IMG/VR virus record: IMGVR_UViG_3300028587_000040
Span: 1 to 24,668 of that record
DNA: 24,668 nucleotides
Source: a virus
Taxonomy: Duplodnaviria; Caudoviricetes
Strand: one strand, 5' to 3'
In this document: positions 1 through 8,177 of the stretch, one piece after another
How positions within the stretch are numbered: position 1 is the stretch's first letter
Layout of the letters: each line of letters begins with the position of its first letter
Made by a program: the position numbers and the translations under genes
The notes under the pieces: model-generated
Database searches by the model: none
What the model saw: only the letters and a program-made list of their open reading frames with translations
Told to the model about the DNA's origin: nothing

Positions 1-3000
1 CCCCTTACCCGTCGCACAGAAGACATTTCCTAGGAGGTCTAACTGCTCCTTCAGTCGCTTAGCCATCTCCTTAGCATACTGTTTGTTTGGATTCGACTTC
101 AACTCTTCTAACTGTTGCTCAAGCACCTTTTGATGATCAAAGTGACTGTCTTGTGATTCTTGTATTTTCTTCGGGATACTGTACTTTTGTAGAGGAGTCC
201 AGGTGCGCTTGCCATCCTTGACTACACTAACCTCAATGTCTTTTGCTGGTACTGCCTCGGTGATCAGAAATGCTGAAGTCTTATCCGCACTAATACCCTT
301 AGTGCCGTTGTATTCTCTGACTTCCGTGTCATCGTATGCCTTTGCCTTCTTCGGCACCTTTACTCTCAAGGTGACTTGACCTTCCGCGTGACCTTCTTGT
401 AGACTGTCAGCCATATAAATGGCTTTGGGCTTATTACCTGCCCCTCCTCCCGTGGTGGAGACCTGTGGAATCAATCCCTTCTTGCTTATGGATTCTAGGT
501 GTTCCACACTGGTGACATGGTATCCCACCTTCGGCGTCTTAGGTCGTTGTGGATAGTAGCCACCCTTGCCCAGCCAAACAAATTCCTTCCCACTACCACC
601 ATAGGTGCCACCCTTATCGGGAGCACAAGTGGGGTCAATACCCCCACCTTTACCCGTCGAGCAGAAAACATTCTGGGTCGTGGAGTAGAGCTTGTCAGAG
701 ATCCGAGTTGAGAGTTCCAGGCTTCCTGTCTCTTCGATCGCTACGGAGAGGAGTGCGATATACCAGTCATCGAACTTATGCTTTTCCAGGGCGTCCGCAA
801 TGAGCATAGAGTTGTGGGGTGTGACCAGCCGGTTGCCCGTGATCGACTTGAAGATACCCCGTTGTAAGGCGTCCCGTACAAGGCCTCTAGCGGCTCGTAC
901 AGTGGCCTTTGGATTACGGGCAGTGGAGTAGGCGATATAGCCCAAACTCGCCGTAGGAACAAAGCCAGAGGCTGCCCCGAACCCAGCCCCTACTCCCGTC
1001 GCCGTCAGCCCGATCGCTACTGGCTTACTGGCGACCAGGTCCATAGCCGAAAGAAGACCTCGTAGCTTCCCTGACTGTTCCTTGGTGTAGCCCCGCTCCT
1101 TGGAAATACGTTCTGCAAGGATCTGGCCTGCTCGGTAACTGGCGAAGGCTGTCTTGACGACGGCTTTGCCGACCCCCTTGAGCTTACTACCAAGACTGCT
1201 CTTACTTGCCGGGTCGGGACACGGACCTGGTATGCCCCCTTTGCCACCACAATTCCATGTGACGTTGTCAACGAGATCGAGACCTACCTGATTGGCAAAC
1301 TCCCGTACAGCACGCTCTGGATGCTTGCGGCGATGCTCATCCCAAATTGTCATCAACTTCGTCGGTCCGGAGCTAGGACTACGTCGAGCAATAGTGAAAG
1401 TGACCGTCGTTGGCGTGTCAATGTCAATACGGAAGTGTCCACCGACTCCTTCATGGTGGGCTTGTTCTACATCATCCGCCCACATATAGAAGTCGCCGGT
1501 TCGGTGGTCATAGATACCCTTAACCTGAGCACCAGTTTGCTTGAGCATCTTGTCTACGGTACGCCGACCGGGGTTGATCCGTACTTCGGCTCCTTGAGCA
1601 AACTCCGAACGTTCCTCTGCCTCCTTCCAGTGCTTAACTAGACTCTCGCCTGGCTTCTTCGCTGGTTGTTGCTTGGGTGGTGTGGTCCGCCAGGTTCCGG
1701 TTTCCTTGTCGAAGGTGCGACCCAGACCACTACTACTACTACCACAAGAAGGATCGATGCCACCGCCGATACCAGTCGGACAGAAAACATTCTCTATCAG
1801 CTCCGGGTCGCCGAGAACAATACCAACGTAGAACTTCTTGGTTGCTAGGTTCTCGCTGAGTGAGGAGAGGTCTACCGTCTTACCGTCCGCGTCTGTGACC
1901 TTAGAAATCCATTCCGGTGGAATCCGTCCCTTCCGCCGCATGGAGAAACCGATGTGCCGTTCATCTGGAGTAAACTTGGAGTACTCGGACTGTGGAATGG
2001 ATAGTTCGATGACGACGGGAGTACCCTTGCCGAGTTTCTTGGCTCTATTCTGAGCGTACTCCTTGGCTACTCCTTTGTAGGGACTGACAAAGACGGACTC
2101 TGCTCGGTCACCCTTGTAATAGTCCTCGGTATAGGACTTGACAGATTGAGCAGGATTGATGCCGTTCTTGAGGATGTCCTTGAGGTGAGCTAGAGCCGTG
2201 CCATGAAAGGCAGCTTTCTTACCTTCGACTTTAGTGTAGTTCCGCTCTTCCAGCTTGTCGAGAATCTCGAACATATTGATCCGGCGGGAGTCACCTTCAC
2301 CACCAACCGGTCCTTTAGATCCTAACTTACAATCCGGCTTTACACCCCCACCTGGTCCCGTCGGACAGAAGACATTCCGAGTCGCATTCCGCACCCCCTT
2401 ACCGGCCCAACCGCTATTCCGCTTCGCCGCCTTAATCGTACGGTCACCGGTCTCGGCTCTCAACGACTTACCTAACGCGGTCTGCGTCTTCCGCTTCTGA
2501 GACTTACTACGTCCACCAGCGGAGTAGAGTGCCGGCATAAAGGCACAGCGACAGCCTGGATGCCGGGGAATGAGTCCACGAGCTTCCGCGATCGTCAGGT
2601 CCGAGCCTTCCATCGCTCGGCACATTGGGCAAACCCGACCATCCCCTGCGGTACGCCACTCGGCAAGGATGTTGACCTTAGCGACCCCTAGCTCATCCAG
2701 GGCATCTAGTTGCCCTTCTGCGTGAGACCGCGTTAGCTCCGTGGTAGCGATCATCTTTGCTCTGGCCAGCCCTAAGCCATCAACATTCTTCTCCAGTGCC
2801 GTAGCCAATTGGTCTGGAGTCTGACCCGTCGTCATCCCGTCAATCAGGGTCCGCTCAATCGCCGTCCGCATCTGATCCGTCGTATTCGCGAAGTCGTGGT
2901 ACATACGGTCGCTGAGGAGCTTGATCTTCTCTCCACGGCTTATCCGTGCCGCTTGGACTCTGGCACTAAGACCAGCGAAGTTACCCACCAAGTCGTCTAG

Positions 3001-6000
3001 GTAGTTGGATACATCCCAGATTTCGATATCACTAGGCTTGATCTTTACGCCAGGTATCTTGTGCCAGACGTATCCGCCTCCAGTTTCGTAAACGCCTGGA
3101 GGTATGTCTACAGCGTAGGCTTTGGCCCCTACCCTAGCGATCGTCCAAGCGTGATCATCGCCTTCCGCTCCGCCATCGTATAGTTCTACGTCGTGTACCT
3201 TAGAAGCGATAATTCTAGCTATCTTGCTGGAGACTCGATCACAAATCCCGCCTGCTCCGATCTCAGGGTCGTTATCCCCTTCCCACTCGTCGTACTCCTC
3301 TTGTGCAGCCTTGGCGAAGTCCTTCCTCAAGCCTTCTAGTTCTGTCTTCAAAGGCTTAGGCTTCAGGTAGTCCTTCGCGAACCCAAACTCTCCCTGTCCA
3401 CCGTAACTGCCTCCTTGATCTGGACCGAGTTTGCAATCAGGCTTTACTCCGCCTCCAGGTCCTGTAGCACAGTAGACGTTGCCTACTAATCCAGCGAGCT
3501 TCTTGACTGCTTCTCTAGGCAGTCTCACATAGCTACTGTACTTCATAGGAGCGTCGGGATGGTTATAAGCTCTTACCTGAGCAATCTCTCCTCCAAGCTT
3601 CTGGTAGAACGGAACAGCGGTCGCTACGACTCCATAACCCGCCATCTCGTAATCTCTAGCTGCCGCTTTCTTGGCAACACTGGAGAGTAGTTCCGTCCCT
3701 ACACCCTTTCTCTCTGTTAGTGCCCTGATCTGATCTAGGGTTACTTGCTTCGATACCTTGTCTACTGAATAGGTGAGTACCCCTGTCACTTTGCCTTCTG
3801 ATCTAGTGACGCTTATGCGAAGTCCCCGTCCTGTTCTAGCAAGGATACCCATTACTGGGTGCATGATATCTATTCCCTGCTGACGAAGCTCCTCTGTAAG
3901 CTTCTTAGCAAGCGACCTGGTTAGCTTGCCGTCCTCAATACCAGACGCTTTGCCGCCACCTTTAGGACATGGTCCCGGTACTCCACTTCCCGGACCTCCA
4001 CAGTTACCCACTAACTTATCCGCTACCGTAAAGCTTCTGAGGAACTGTACCTTCGAGGATTCGTGGTAGGCTAGGTCATTGCGGTTGATAGCGGACTTGC
4101 GGTTTACATCGTCGTAGGAGCGGCCTAAGCCTTTCTCATAACCCTTGACGGCATAGCGTTCCCAGTAGTCCTGTCCTAGTCCCGGCGTAGGATCAGGTAC
4201 GATGAGGAGCTTCACCTGAGCCGAGAGCCAGGAGCGGAAGGCTTCGACCTTCTGAGGAAGATTCAGGAACTTCCAGCGGGTGTTCGCAGTGACCGAGTTT
4301 GCCGAACCTTGGCTATTTCTCGCAGGATCAAGCGGAAAGGGAGAAGCTTGCTTGGTGATCAGGCGGACCAGTTCGGATTCTTCCACTCCGACTGCTCTAA
4401 GATTGGAAGTGAGGCTAACTGGTTCATAAGTGCTTATTTGCTCCAGGACAATGTGGGCTCTTTGGTCATGGATCTTCCTCACTTCCTTGACGATAAACTT
4501 CCCCGAGGTGAGGACCTCCTTCTGATCCCACGGACTAAGAGCAGCAATGGGCAATCCCTTAGCTCCATTGACCACCTCAATTACTAGACCCTCTCGCCGA
4601 GGTTTCCGTTCTTTCCGCTGCCCAGAAGCCTGTCCTCGTGACCACTTCTCCGCAAAATCTCCATCCGTAGTAAAGCTCGTTGCCCCAGTCAACTCGAACG
4701 GATCGCCAGGCTTTAATTCGAGAGCTTTCCGAGCAGCAATATACGAGAGATCCCCGCGATAGAGTGGTTTGTTGATCGGAGGAGACTCGTGGATTGCCTT
4801 CGTGATTGCTCGACCAACCTCCGCTCTGGAGTAACGGATTCTCTTGTCACCTTCCGCAGCTTGCCCTTCAAAATAAGTCTTATCATGGGCTGACATATAA
4901 TCGCCAGAGATTCCGGGAAGAGTCTCCCAATGCGCCTCGTTGTCCTTGTAGTAAGAGGACATCTTACCAGTGGCTGCTTTCTCCGTGTAAGCACGGACGA
5001 TGTGATAGCCACCCTGTGCATACGCCGTCACACCATCAACAACTGCCTGAAACTCCTTATCGTTGTCATAATCCTTTTGGTGCCTCTTTCTCCACTGCTT
5101 GGCTTCCTTGGAAGTTGCCTTACCGATCGGCATATCGGCGAATCTGGCAGCAACGGAGCCTCCACCCGCTGCACACTTGTTCCCCGGTTGGAAACCTCCA
5201 GGACCGATACCGCAATTGGAACCAGCGGAATTCTGCGCGAACGGATTCACAAACACTACAACATACAGCTTCCTAGTCTGCTCATTGCCAACCGGCTTGT
5301 ACGGCACTGGTTTCCGATAGCGGTTCCCCTTCTCATACAGAGTCTTATCGTCGTAGCCGTCCCCGTAGATGTCCAGCTTTACAGCCCACTCCATCCATTC
5401 CCGCTTCAACTCCTTCGTGCCGAAAGCTCCCCGATCATCCTCAGTATCCTTCGTGAAAGAATCGAATGCTTTCTTTGGGACGTGGTAGAGCAGCATAACA
5501 GGATCGCCGCCAACCTCTCTGGAGCGGGTTTCGGCGTAGTTCTGCGCCGCTTCATAATCAGAGGTGACGTAGACTCTTTCGCCTCGTGGGCCTTCATAGA
5601 AGTTCTTGGACCCTGGCTCGGATTGGAAGGACCGCTGTACACCCTTACTCACCTTCAAGCCGTCACGCATAATACTGTCAAGGTGCGACGTAGAAGTGCC
5701 GTGGTAGAAACCGTAGTTCCCTTCAGCATCAGGAGTTATGGACAGCTTTTCTCCGCCGCCACTACACGTCGGATCAATACCACCACCTTTACCGGTAGGA
5801 CAGAAAGCGTTAGCCAATGGGCTGACTAGACTTGTCGCATTTCCAACAAACGGATTCATGGAGACCGGCTTGAGACCGAAGGCATCCTCGACAACGACTA
5901 GCTGGCGGAGTCGCTGCTTCAACATGCGGAAGCGTCGAGTCAGTTCGGCATTGAACTCACGGCGTAGGGTAGCCGATTTGGTGGGGTCCAGGCGTAAGAC

Positions 6001-6348
6001 GCTAGGCTTGACGAGCTTACGGGGTGGGGGCTTACCAGGCGAGCTAGGCTTACCGCGTGAGACTTTAGGCGAGCCAGGCTTACCACGATTGGTTTTAAGG
6101 CTTCTCCCTGGCCGGATGGGCGTTTGGGTCGAAACCGGCTTACCGTCCGCCCCTAGCCACGGCTGGCTACTATGGGCCAGGGGAGCCGTTAGAAAGTATG
6201 CCTCCACGTTCCCCAAGTTTCCCGTGTAACCGTTGGCGTAAGCCGCTCTGGCTTGAGCGACGGCTTGGGAGCGTTTGCGGTAGCACTTGCCTGACTTGCC
6301 CCAGCGGTAGGCACGCTTGCCGTTGACACGGCATGTTTGAATTGGCAT
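1..6348 (-). CDS. Giant MuF/SPP1 gp7-family minor head polyprotein with multiple inserted enzymatic cargo domains (3'-truncated, >2116 aa; absent from ORF track)
   Basis: Manual translation found no stop from ATG 6348 (GAGGT upstream; MPIQTCRVNGKRAYRWGKSGKCY) to base 1. MuF signature RAKMIATTELTRSHAEG...EWRTAGDGRVCPMC...IPRHPGCRC at ~2545-2765; N-terminal DPTKSATLRREF...RRF at ~5930-5990. Lies downstream of terminase and portal. Confidence 0.93.
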   Translation of the reverse strand, partial: MPIQTCRVNGKRAYRWGKSGKCYRKRSQAVAQARAAYANGYTGNLGNVEAYFLTAPLAHSSQPWLGADGKPVSTQTPIRPGRSLKTNRGKPGSPKVSRGKPSSPGKPPPRKLVKPSVLRLDPTKSATLRREFNAELTRRFRMLKQRLRQLVVVEDAFGLKPVSMNPFVGNATSLVSPLANAFCPTGKGGGIDPTCSGGGEKLSITPDAEGNYGFYHGTSTSHLDSIMRDGLKVSKGVQRSFQSEPGSKNFYEGPRGERVYVTSDYEAAQNYAETRSREVGGDPVMLLYHVPKKAFDSFTKDTEDDRGAFGTKELKREWMEWAVKLDIYGDGYDDKTLYEKGNRYRKPVPYKPVGNEQTRKLYVVVFVNPFAQNSAGSNCGIGPGGFQPGNKCAAGGGSVAARFADMPIGKATSKEAKQWRKRHQKDYDNDKEFQAVVDGVTAYAQGGYHIVRAYTEKAATGKMSSYYKDNEAHWETLPGISGDYMSAHDKTYFEGQAAEGDKRIRYSRAEVGRAITKAIHESPPINKPLYRGDLSYIAARKALELKPGDPFELTGATSFTTDGDFAEKWSRGQASGQRKERKPRREGLVIEVVNGAKGLPIAALSPWDQKEVLTSGKFIVKEVRKIHDQRAHIVLEQISTYEPVSLTSNLRAVGVEESELVRLITKQASPFPLDPARNSQGSANSVTANTRWKFLNLPQKVEAFRSWLSAQVKLLIVPDPTPGLGQDYWERYAVKGYEKGLGRSYDDVNRKSAINRNDLAYHESSKVQFLRSFTVADKLVGNCGGPGSGVPGPCPKGGGKASGIEDGKLTRSLAKKLTEELRQQGIDIMHPVMGILARTGRGLRISVTRSEGKVTGVLTYSVDKVSKQVTLDQIRALTERKGVGTELLSSVAKKAAARDYEMAGYGVVATAVPFYQKLGGEIAQVRAYNHPDAPMKYSSYVRLPREAVKKLAGLVGNVYCATGPGGGVKPDCKLGPDQGGSYGGQGEFGFAKDYLKPKPLKTELEGLRKDFAKAAQEEYDEWEGDNDPEIGAGGICDRVSSKIARIIASKVHDVELYDGGAEGDDHAWTIARVGAKAYAVDIPPGVYETGGGYVWHKIPGVKIKPSDIEIWDVSNYLDDLVGNFAGLSARVQAARISRGEKIKLLSDRMYHDFANTTDQMRTAIERTLIDGMTTGQTPDQLATALEKNVDGLGLARAKMIATTELTRSHAEGQLDALDELGVAKVNILAEWRTAGDGRVCPMCRAMEGSDLTIAEARGLIPRHPGCRCAFMPALYSAGGRSKSQKRKTQTALGKSLRAETGDRTIKAAKRNSGWAGKGVRNATRNVFCPTGPGGGVKPDCKLGSKGPVGGEGDSRRINMFEILDKLEERNYTKVEGKKAAFHGTALAHLKDILKNGINPAQSVKSYTEDYYKGDRAESVFVSPYKGVAKEYAQNRAKKLGKGTPVVIELSIPQSEYSKFTPDERHIGFSMRRKGRIPPEWISKVTDADGKTVDLSSLSENLATKKFYVGIVLGDPELIENVFCPTGIGGGIDPSCGSSSSGLGRTFDKETGTWRTTPPKQQPAKKPGESLVKHWKEAEERSEFAQGAEVRINPGRRTVDKMLKQTGAQVKGIYDHRTGDFYMWADDVEQAHHEGVGGHFRIDIDTPTTVTFTIARRSPSSGPTKLMTIWDEHRRKHPERAVREFANQVGLDLVDNVTWNCGGKGGIPGPCPDPASKSSLGSKLKGVGKAVVKTAFASYRAGQILAERISKERGYTKEQSGKLRGLLSAMDLVASKPVAIGLTATGVGAGFGAASGFVPTASLGYIAYSTARNPKATVRAARGLVRDALQRGIFKSITGNRLVTPHNSMLIADALEKHKFDDWYIALLSVAIEETGSLELSTRISDKLYSTTQNVFCSTGKGGGIDPTCAPDKGGTYGGSGKEFVWLGKGGYYPQRPKTPKVGYHVTSVEHLESISKKGLIPQVSTTGGGAGNKPKAIYMADSLQEGHAEGQVTLRVKVPKKAKAYDDTEVREYNGTKGISADKTSAFLITEAVPAKDIEVSVVKDGKRTWTPLQKYSIPKKIQESQDSHFDHQKVLEQQLEELKSNPNKQYAKEMAKRLKEQLDLLGNVFCATGKG
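30..620 (-). other. Cargo domain 8: third His-type ART-fold domain
   Basis: GYHVTSVEHLESISKKGLIP...AIYMAD...VTLRV...EAVPAKDI. Confidence 0.7.
675..1215 (-). other. Cargo domain 7: basic amphipathic helices plus Gly/Ala-rich hydrophobic segment (possibly membrane-inserting)
   Basis: VAIGLTATGVGAGFGAASGFVPTASLGYIAY at ~930-1020. Confidence 0.45.
1260..1740 (-). other. Cargo domain 6: unknown globular domain
   Basis: Lies between two tags; contains KGIYDHRTGDFYMW...AHHEGVG. Confidence 0.45.
1855..2280 (-). other. Cargo domain 5: second His-type ART-fold domain (Tpt1/KptA-like)
   Basis: AFHGTALAHLKDILKNGI...VFVSPYKGVAKEYA...PVVIEL...GRIPPEWI. Confidence 0.75.
2985..3420 (-). other. Cargo domain 4: papain/transglutaminase-like Cys-His-Asp domain
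   Basis: GGICDRVS...DDHAWTI...AYAVDIP. Confidence 0.6.
3490..3960 (-). other. Cargo domain 3: GNAT acetyltransferase
   Basis: RKGVGTELL (acetyl-CoA-binding loop) and AVPFYQKLG. Confidence 0.8.
4390..5160 (-). other. Cargo domain 2: R-S-E class ADP-ribosyltransferase (VIP2/C3-like)
   Basis: PLYRG...ATSFTT...SPWDQKEVLTSGKFIVKEV, the R, S and QxE motifs in the expected order. Confidence 0.8.
5290..5720 (-). other. Cargo domain 1: His-type ADP-ribosyltransferase-fold domain (Tpt1/KptA/PARP-like)
   Basis: FYHGTSTSHLDSIMRDGL...VYVTSDYEAAQNYA. Confidence 0.75.
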
Positions 6349-6377
6349 TAAACACGACCTCGTGAGACTCTGTCGAA

Positions 6378-6668
6378 CTAGGCTCTGCCGCGAAGGAGAT
6401 GCTGAGCAAGTTCTTCCTCTTGCCAGAAGGGCTTGCCAGCGTCTAGCATTGCAAAGACTTGAGTGAAGGCGTCGGCAAGAGCGTACTGGCCTTCGTTTCT
6501 CCATAGCTCTTTATTGTAGACGTAGCCAACTAACTTCCTTGTGTAAGGACCGGCTTCTCTCGATGAGTTGAACTTGTTTGCTTCTTCGTCACACTTGTCT
6601 GAGATGCCGTCGAGGATGGACTCGATGAGTTCGCCCTTCTGCTCTTGCTCTAGTGATGTAACGTCCAT
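6378..6668 (-). CDS. Hypothetical acidic protein (96 aa)
   Basis: ORF starts 4 bp after the upstream stop, with GGAGG ahead of the ATG. Confidence 0.75.
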   Translation of the reverse strand: MDVTSLEQEQKGELIESILDGISDKCDEEANKFNSSREAGPYTRKLVGYVYNKELWRNEGQYALADAFTQVFAMLDAGKPFWQEEELAQHLLRGRA

Positions 6669-6672
6669 TAGT

Positions 6673-7353
6673 CTAACCTCCCGCCACGTATTTCTCTGTC
6701 CTCTTGGGATCGTACCCCAGCCACTTACCTAGCAACCGCTTCTCTGAGGAGGTTATTTTCTCCCCAGAATACATAGCGGCGTAAATACCCGGTCGATCGA
6801 CCCAAGTAGTCTTACCCGCTGAGGAAAGGAACTTCTTAACATCTGGGTGTTTTAGATTCTCTTCCCTGATCACAGCAACTCCGCCTTTTATATCAAATGC
6901 CTTACCTGTTAATCCATACTTCTTGATAAGACGGTTTACATCACTAGCGAGTTTCGCCCCTCGTCCTGCATACCCGACGTTGTTAGACTTAGTGCGTACC
7001 AGCTTACCTATTGCCACATAGGAGCCAGCTCGTAATCCATCCATAGAGGTCAGCAGATCATCCAACTCATCGTCCGTTCTACCAGGAGCGGCCTTCTTTA
7101 AGGTCTGCCACTCCTTACTGTTCTTGAGTGCTGCTGCTTTCTTAGATAGAGTGTACTTTTGCATATGGGCATTCATTCCTGAACCAGCTGACAGAATGTA
7201 TGCATGTTCTTTTGAAGCGTCATCCGCTCTCGTTCTAGCCCCTAATTTGCAATCAGGCTTCTTACCCCCACCCTTACCAGTTTTACAGAAGACGTTAGAT
7301 ATGGGCAAACCGATAGACTCCCACCCTAACCGTCCCATATTTACCCAAGGCAT
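6673..7353 (-). CDS. Tag-bearing putative virion cargo protein (226 aa)
   Basis: ISNVFCKTGKGGGKKPDCKLG with Asn at residue 20; basic; AAGGA upstream. Confidence 0.85.
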   Translation of the reverse strand: MPWVNMGRLGWESIGLPISNVFCKTGKGGGKKPDCKLGARTRADDASKEHAYILSAGSGMNAHMQKYTLSKKAAALKNSKEWQTLKKAAPGRTDDELDDLLTSMDGLRAGSYVAIGKLVRTKSNNVGYAGRGAKLASDVNRLIKKYGLTGKAFDIKGGVAVIREENLKHPDVKKFLSSAGKTTWVDRPGIYAAMYSGEKITSSEKRLLGKWLGYDPKRTEKYVAGG

Positions 7354-7371
7354 AGTTAAGCTTCCTTGCAG

Positions 7372-7683
7372 CTAGAGGCGTATCCAGCCTCTGCCTCTTG
7401 ACATCGCGATAGGCTTGATGGTGGGAATGAGATACTCGTCGCTTAGATCCTGGGCAATCCTAGAGCGTCTTTCCTGCTCCGTCCACTCGGCTTGTATCTC
7501 CAGGCAGACCCGGCGGATCTCTGCCGGACTAGGTGTGTGATTCGTGCCCCGTTCCGTGTAGAAGTCCGTTGCCTTTCTTGAAGCGTATCGCTTGGCCCTG
7601 GACTTGAAGCGGAGCATGGTGACCACACTCTTCGGCTTGTGCACTCTTGGAAGATGCTCCCCAGATTCATTTGGCGTGGTCAT
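7372..7683 (-). CDS. Hypothetical protein with PxxxEIRxxCxxIQxEW motif
   Basis: GGAGGAG upstream; abuts upstream stop; motif shared with 14340-14561. Confidence 0.8.
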   Translation of the reverse strand: MTTPNESGEHLPRVHKPKSVVTMLRFKSRAKRYASRKATDFYTERGTNHTPSPAEIRRVCLEIQAEWTEQERRSRIAQDLSDEYLIPTIKPIAMSRGRGWIRL

Positions 7684-7998
7684 TTACTCCTCCTCGTGTA
7701 ACTTAGCTAGAGGGACCCAAACATTCTTTGTAGGTTTCGGCTGAGATTCCTTAGACTCATCAGCCTCAGCCTCCTCGACCCCTCCATCCTTGAGGGAACC
7801 GTCTTTGTTGAGCGGTGGCGAAGGTCCCTCTTCCGTATCCACAAGATAGGGACTGCTGGAGACCTGGGAACAGAAGTCGTTGAAGCTATCCCGCTCCTCC
7901 TTGAACCATTCCTCCATTGTCTGGGTATCTTCTTCAGGCTCCTCAGCAGGCTCAGCGTCTGGTGTGTCTTCTTCAGGCTCAGGCTTTGTCTTAGCCAT
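7684..7998 (-). CDS. Highly acidic low-complexity protein (104 aa)
   Basis: MAKTKPEPEEDTPDAEPAEEPEED...; start refined to ATG 7998 (AGGAGG upstream); track start 8022. Confidence 0.75.
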   Translation of the reverse strand: MAKTKPEPEEDTPDAEPAEEPEEDTQTMEEWFKEERDSFNDFCSQVSSSPYLVDTEEGPSPPLNKDGSLKDGGVEEAEADESKESQPKPTKNVWVPLAKLHEEE

Positions 7999-8125
7999 TT
8001 CTTCTTTCCTCCTGTTTGGCATAGCGTTGGCGTAGATTCCTTCTGGCTAACTCTCGGCGATACCTTCGGTCTAACTCTCGCAGCCACTTGTCCCGCTTGA
8101 GAATCACCTTCCATTGCTTAGCCAT
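7991..8125 (-). CDS. Small Arg-rich protein (44 aa; not in track)
   Basis: AAGGAG RBS, then MAKQWKVILKRDKWLRELDRRYRRELARRNLRQRYAKQEERRNG*; stop overlaps next start. Confidence 0.65.
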   Translation of the reverse strand: MAKQWKVILKRDKWLRELDRRYRRELARRNLRQRYAKQEERRNG

Positions 8126-8177
8126 CGGACTCTCCTTAGATTTGCCGAGTCACAGTTTAGGCTTTGGGCAAGGTTCT

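Noticed and set aside
1729-1741. ACT trinucleotide run
   Set aside because: It encodes a Ser linker after a tag and is too short to be meaningful.
499-6229. Plus-strand ORFs in the track (e.g. 4930-5829, 299 aa) and short minus ORFs in other frames
   Set aside because: They are shadows of the giant minus-strand MuF frame, which holds all recognisable motifs.
7707-8114. 135-aa minus ORF in the track
   Set aside because: It overlaps two better-supported ORFs with clear RBSs (7991-8125 and 7684-7998).
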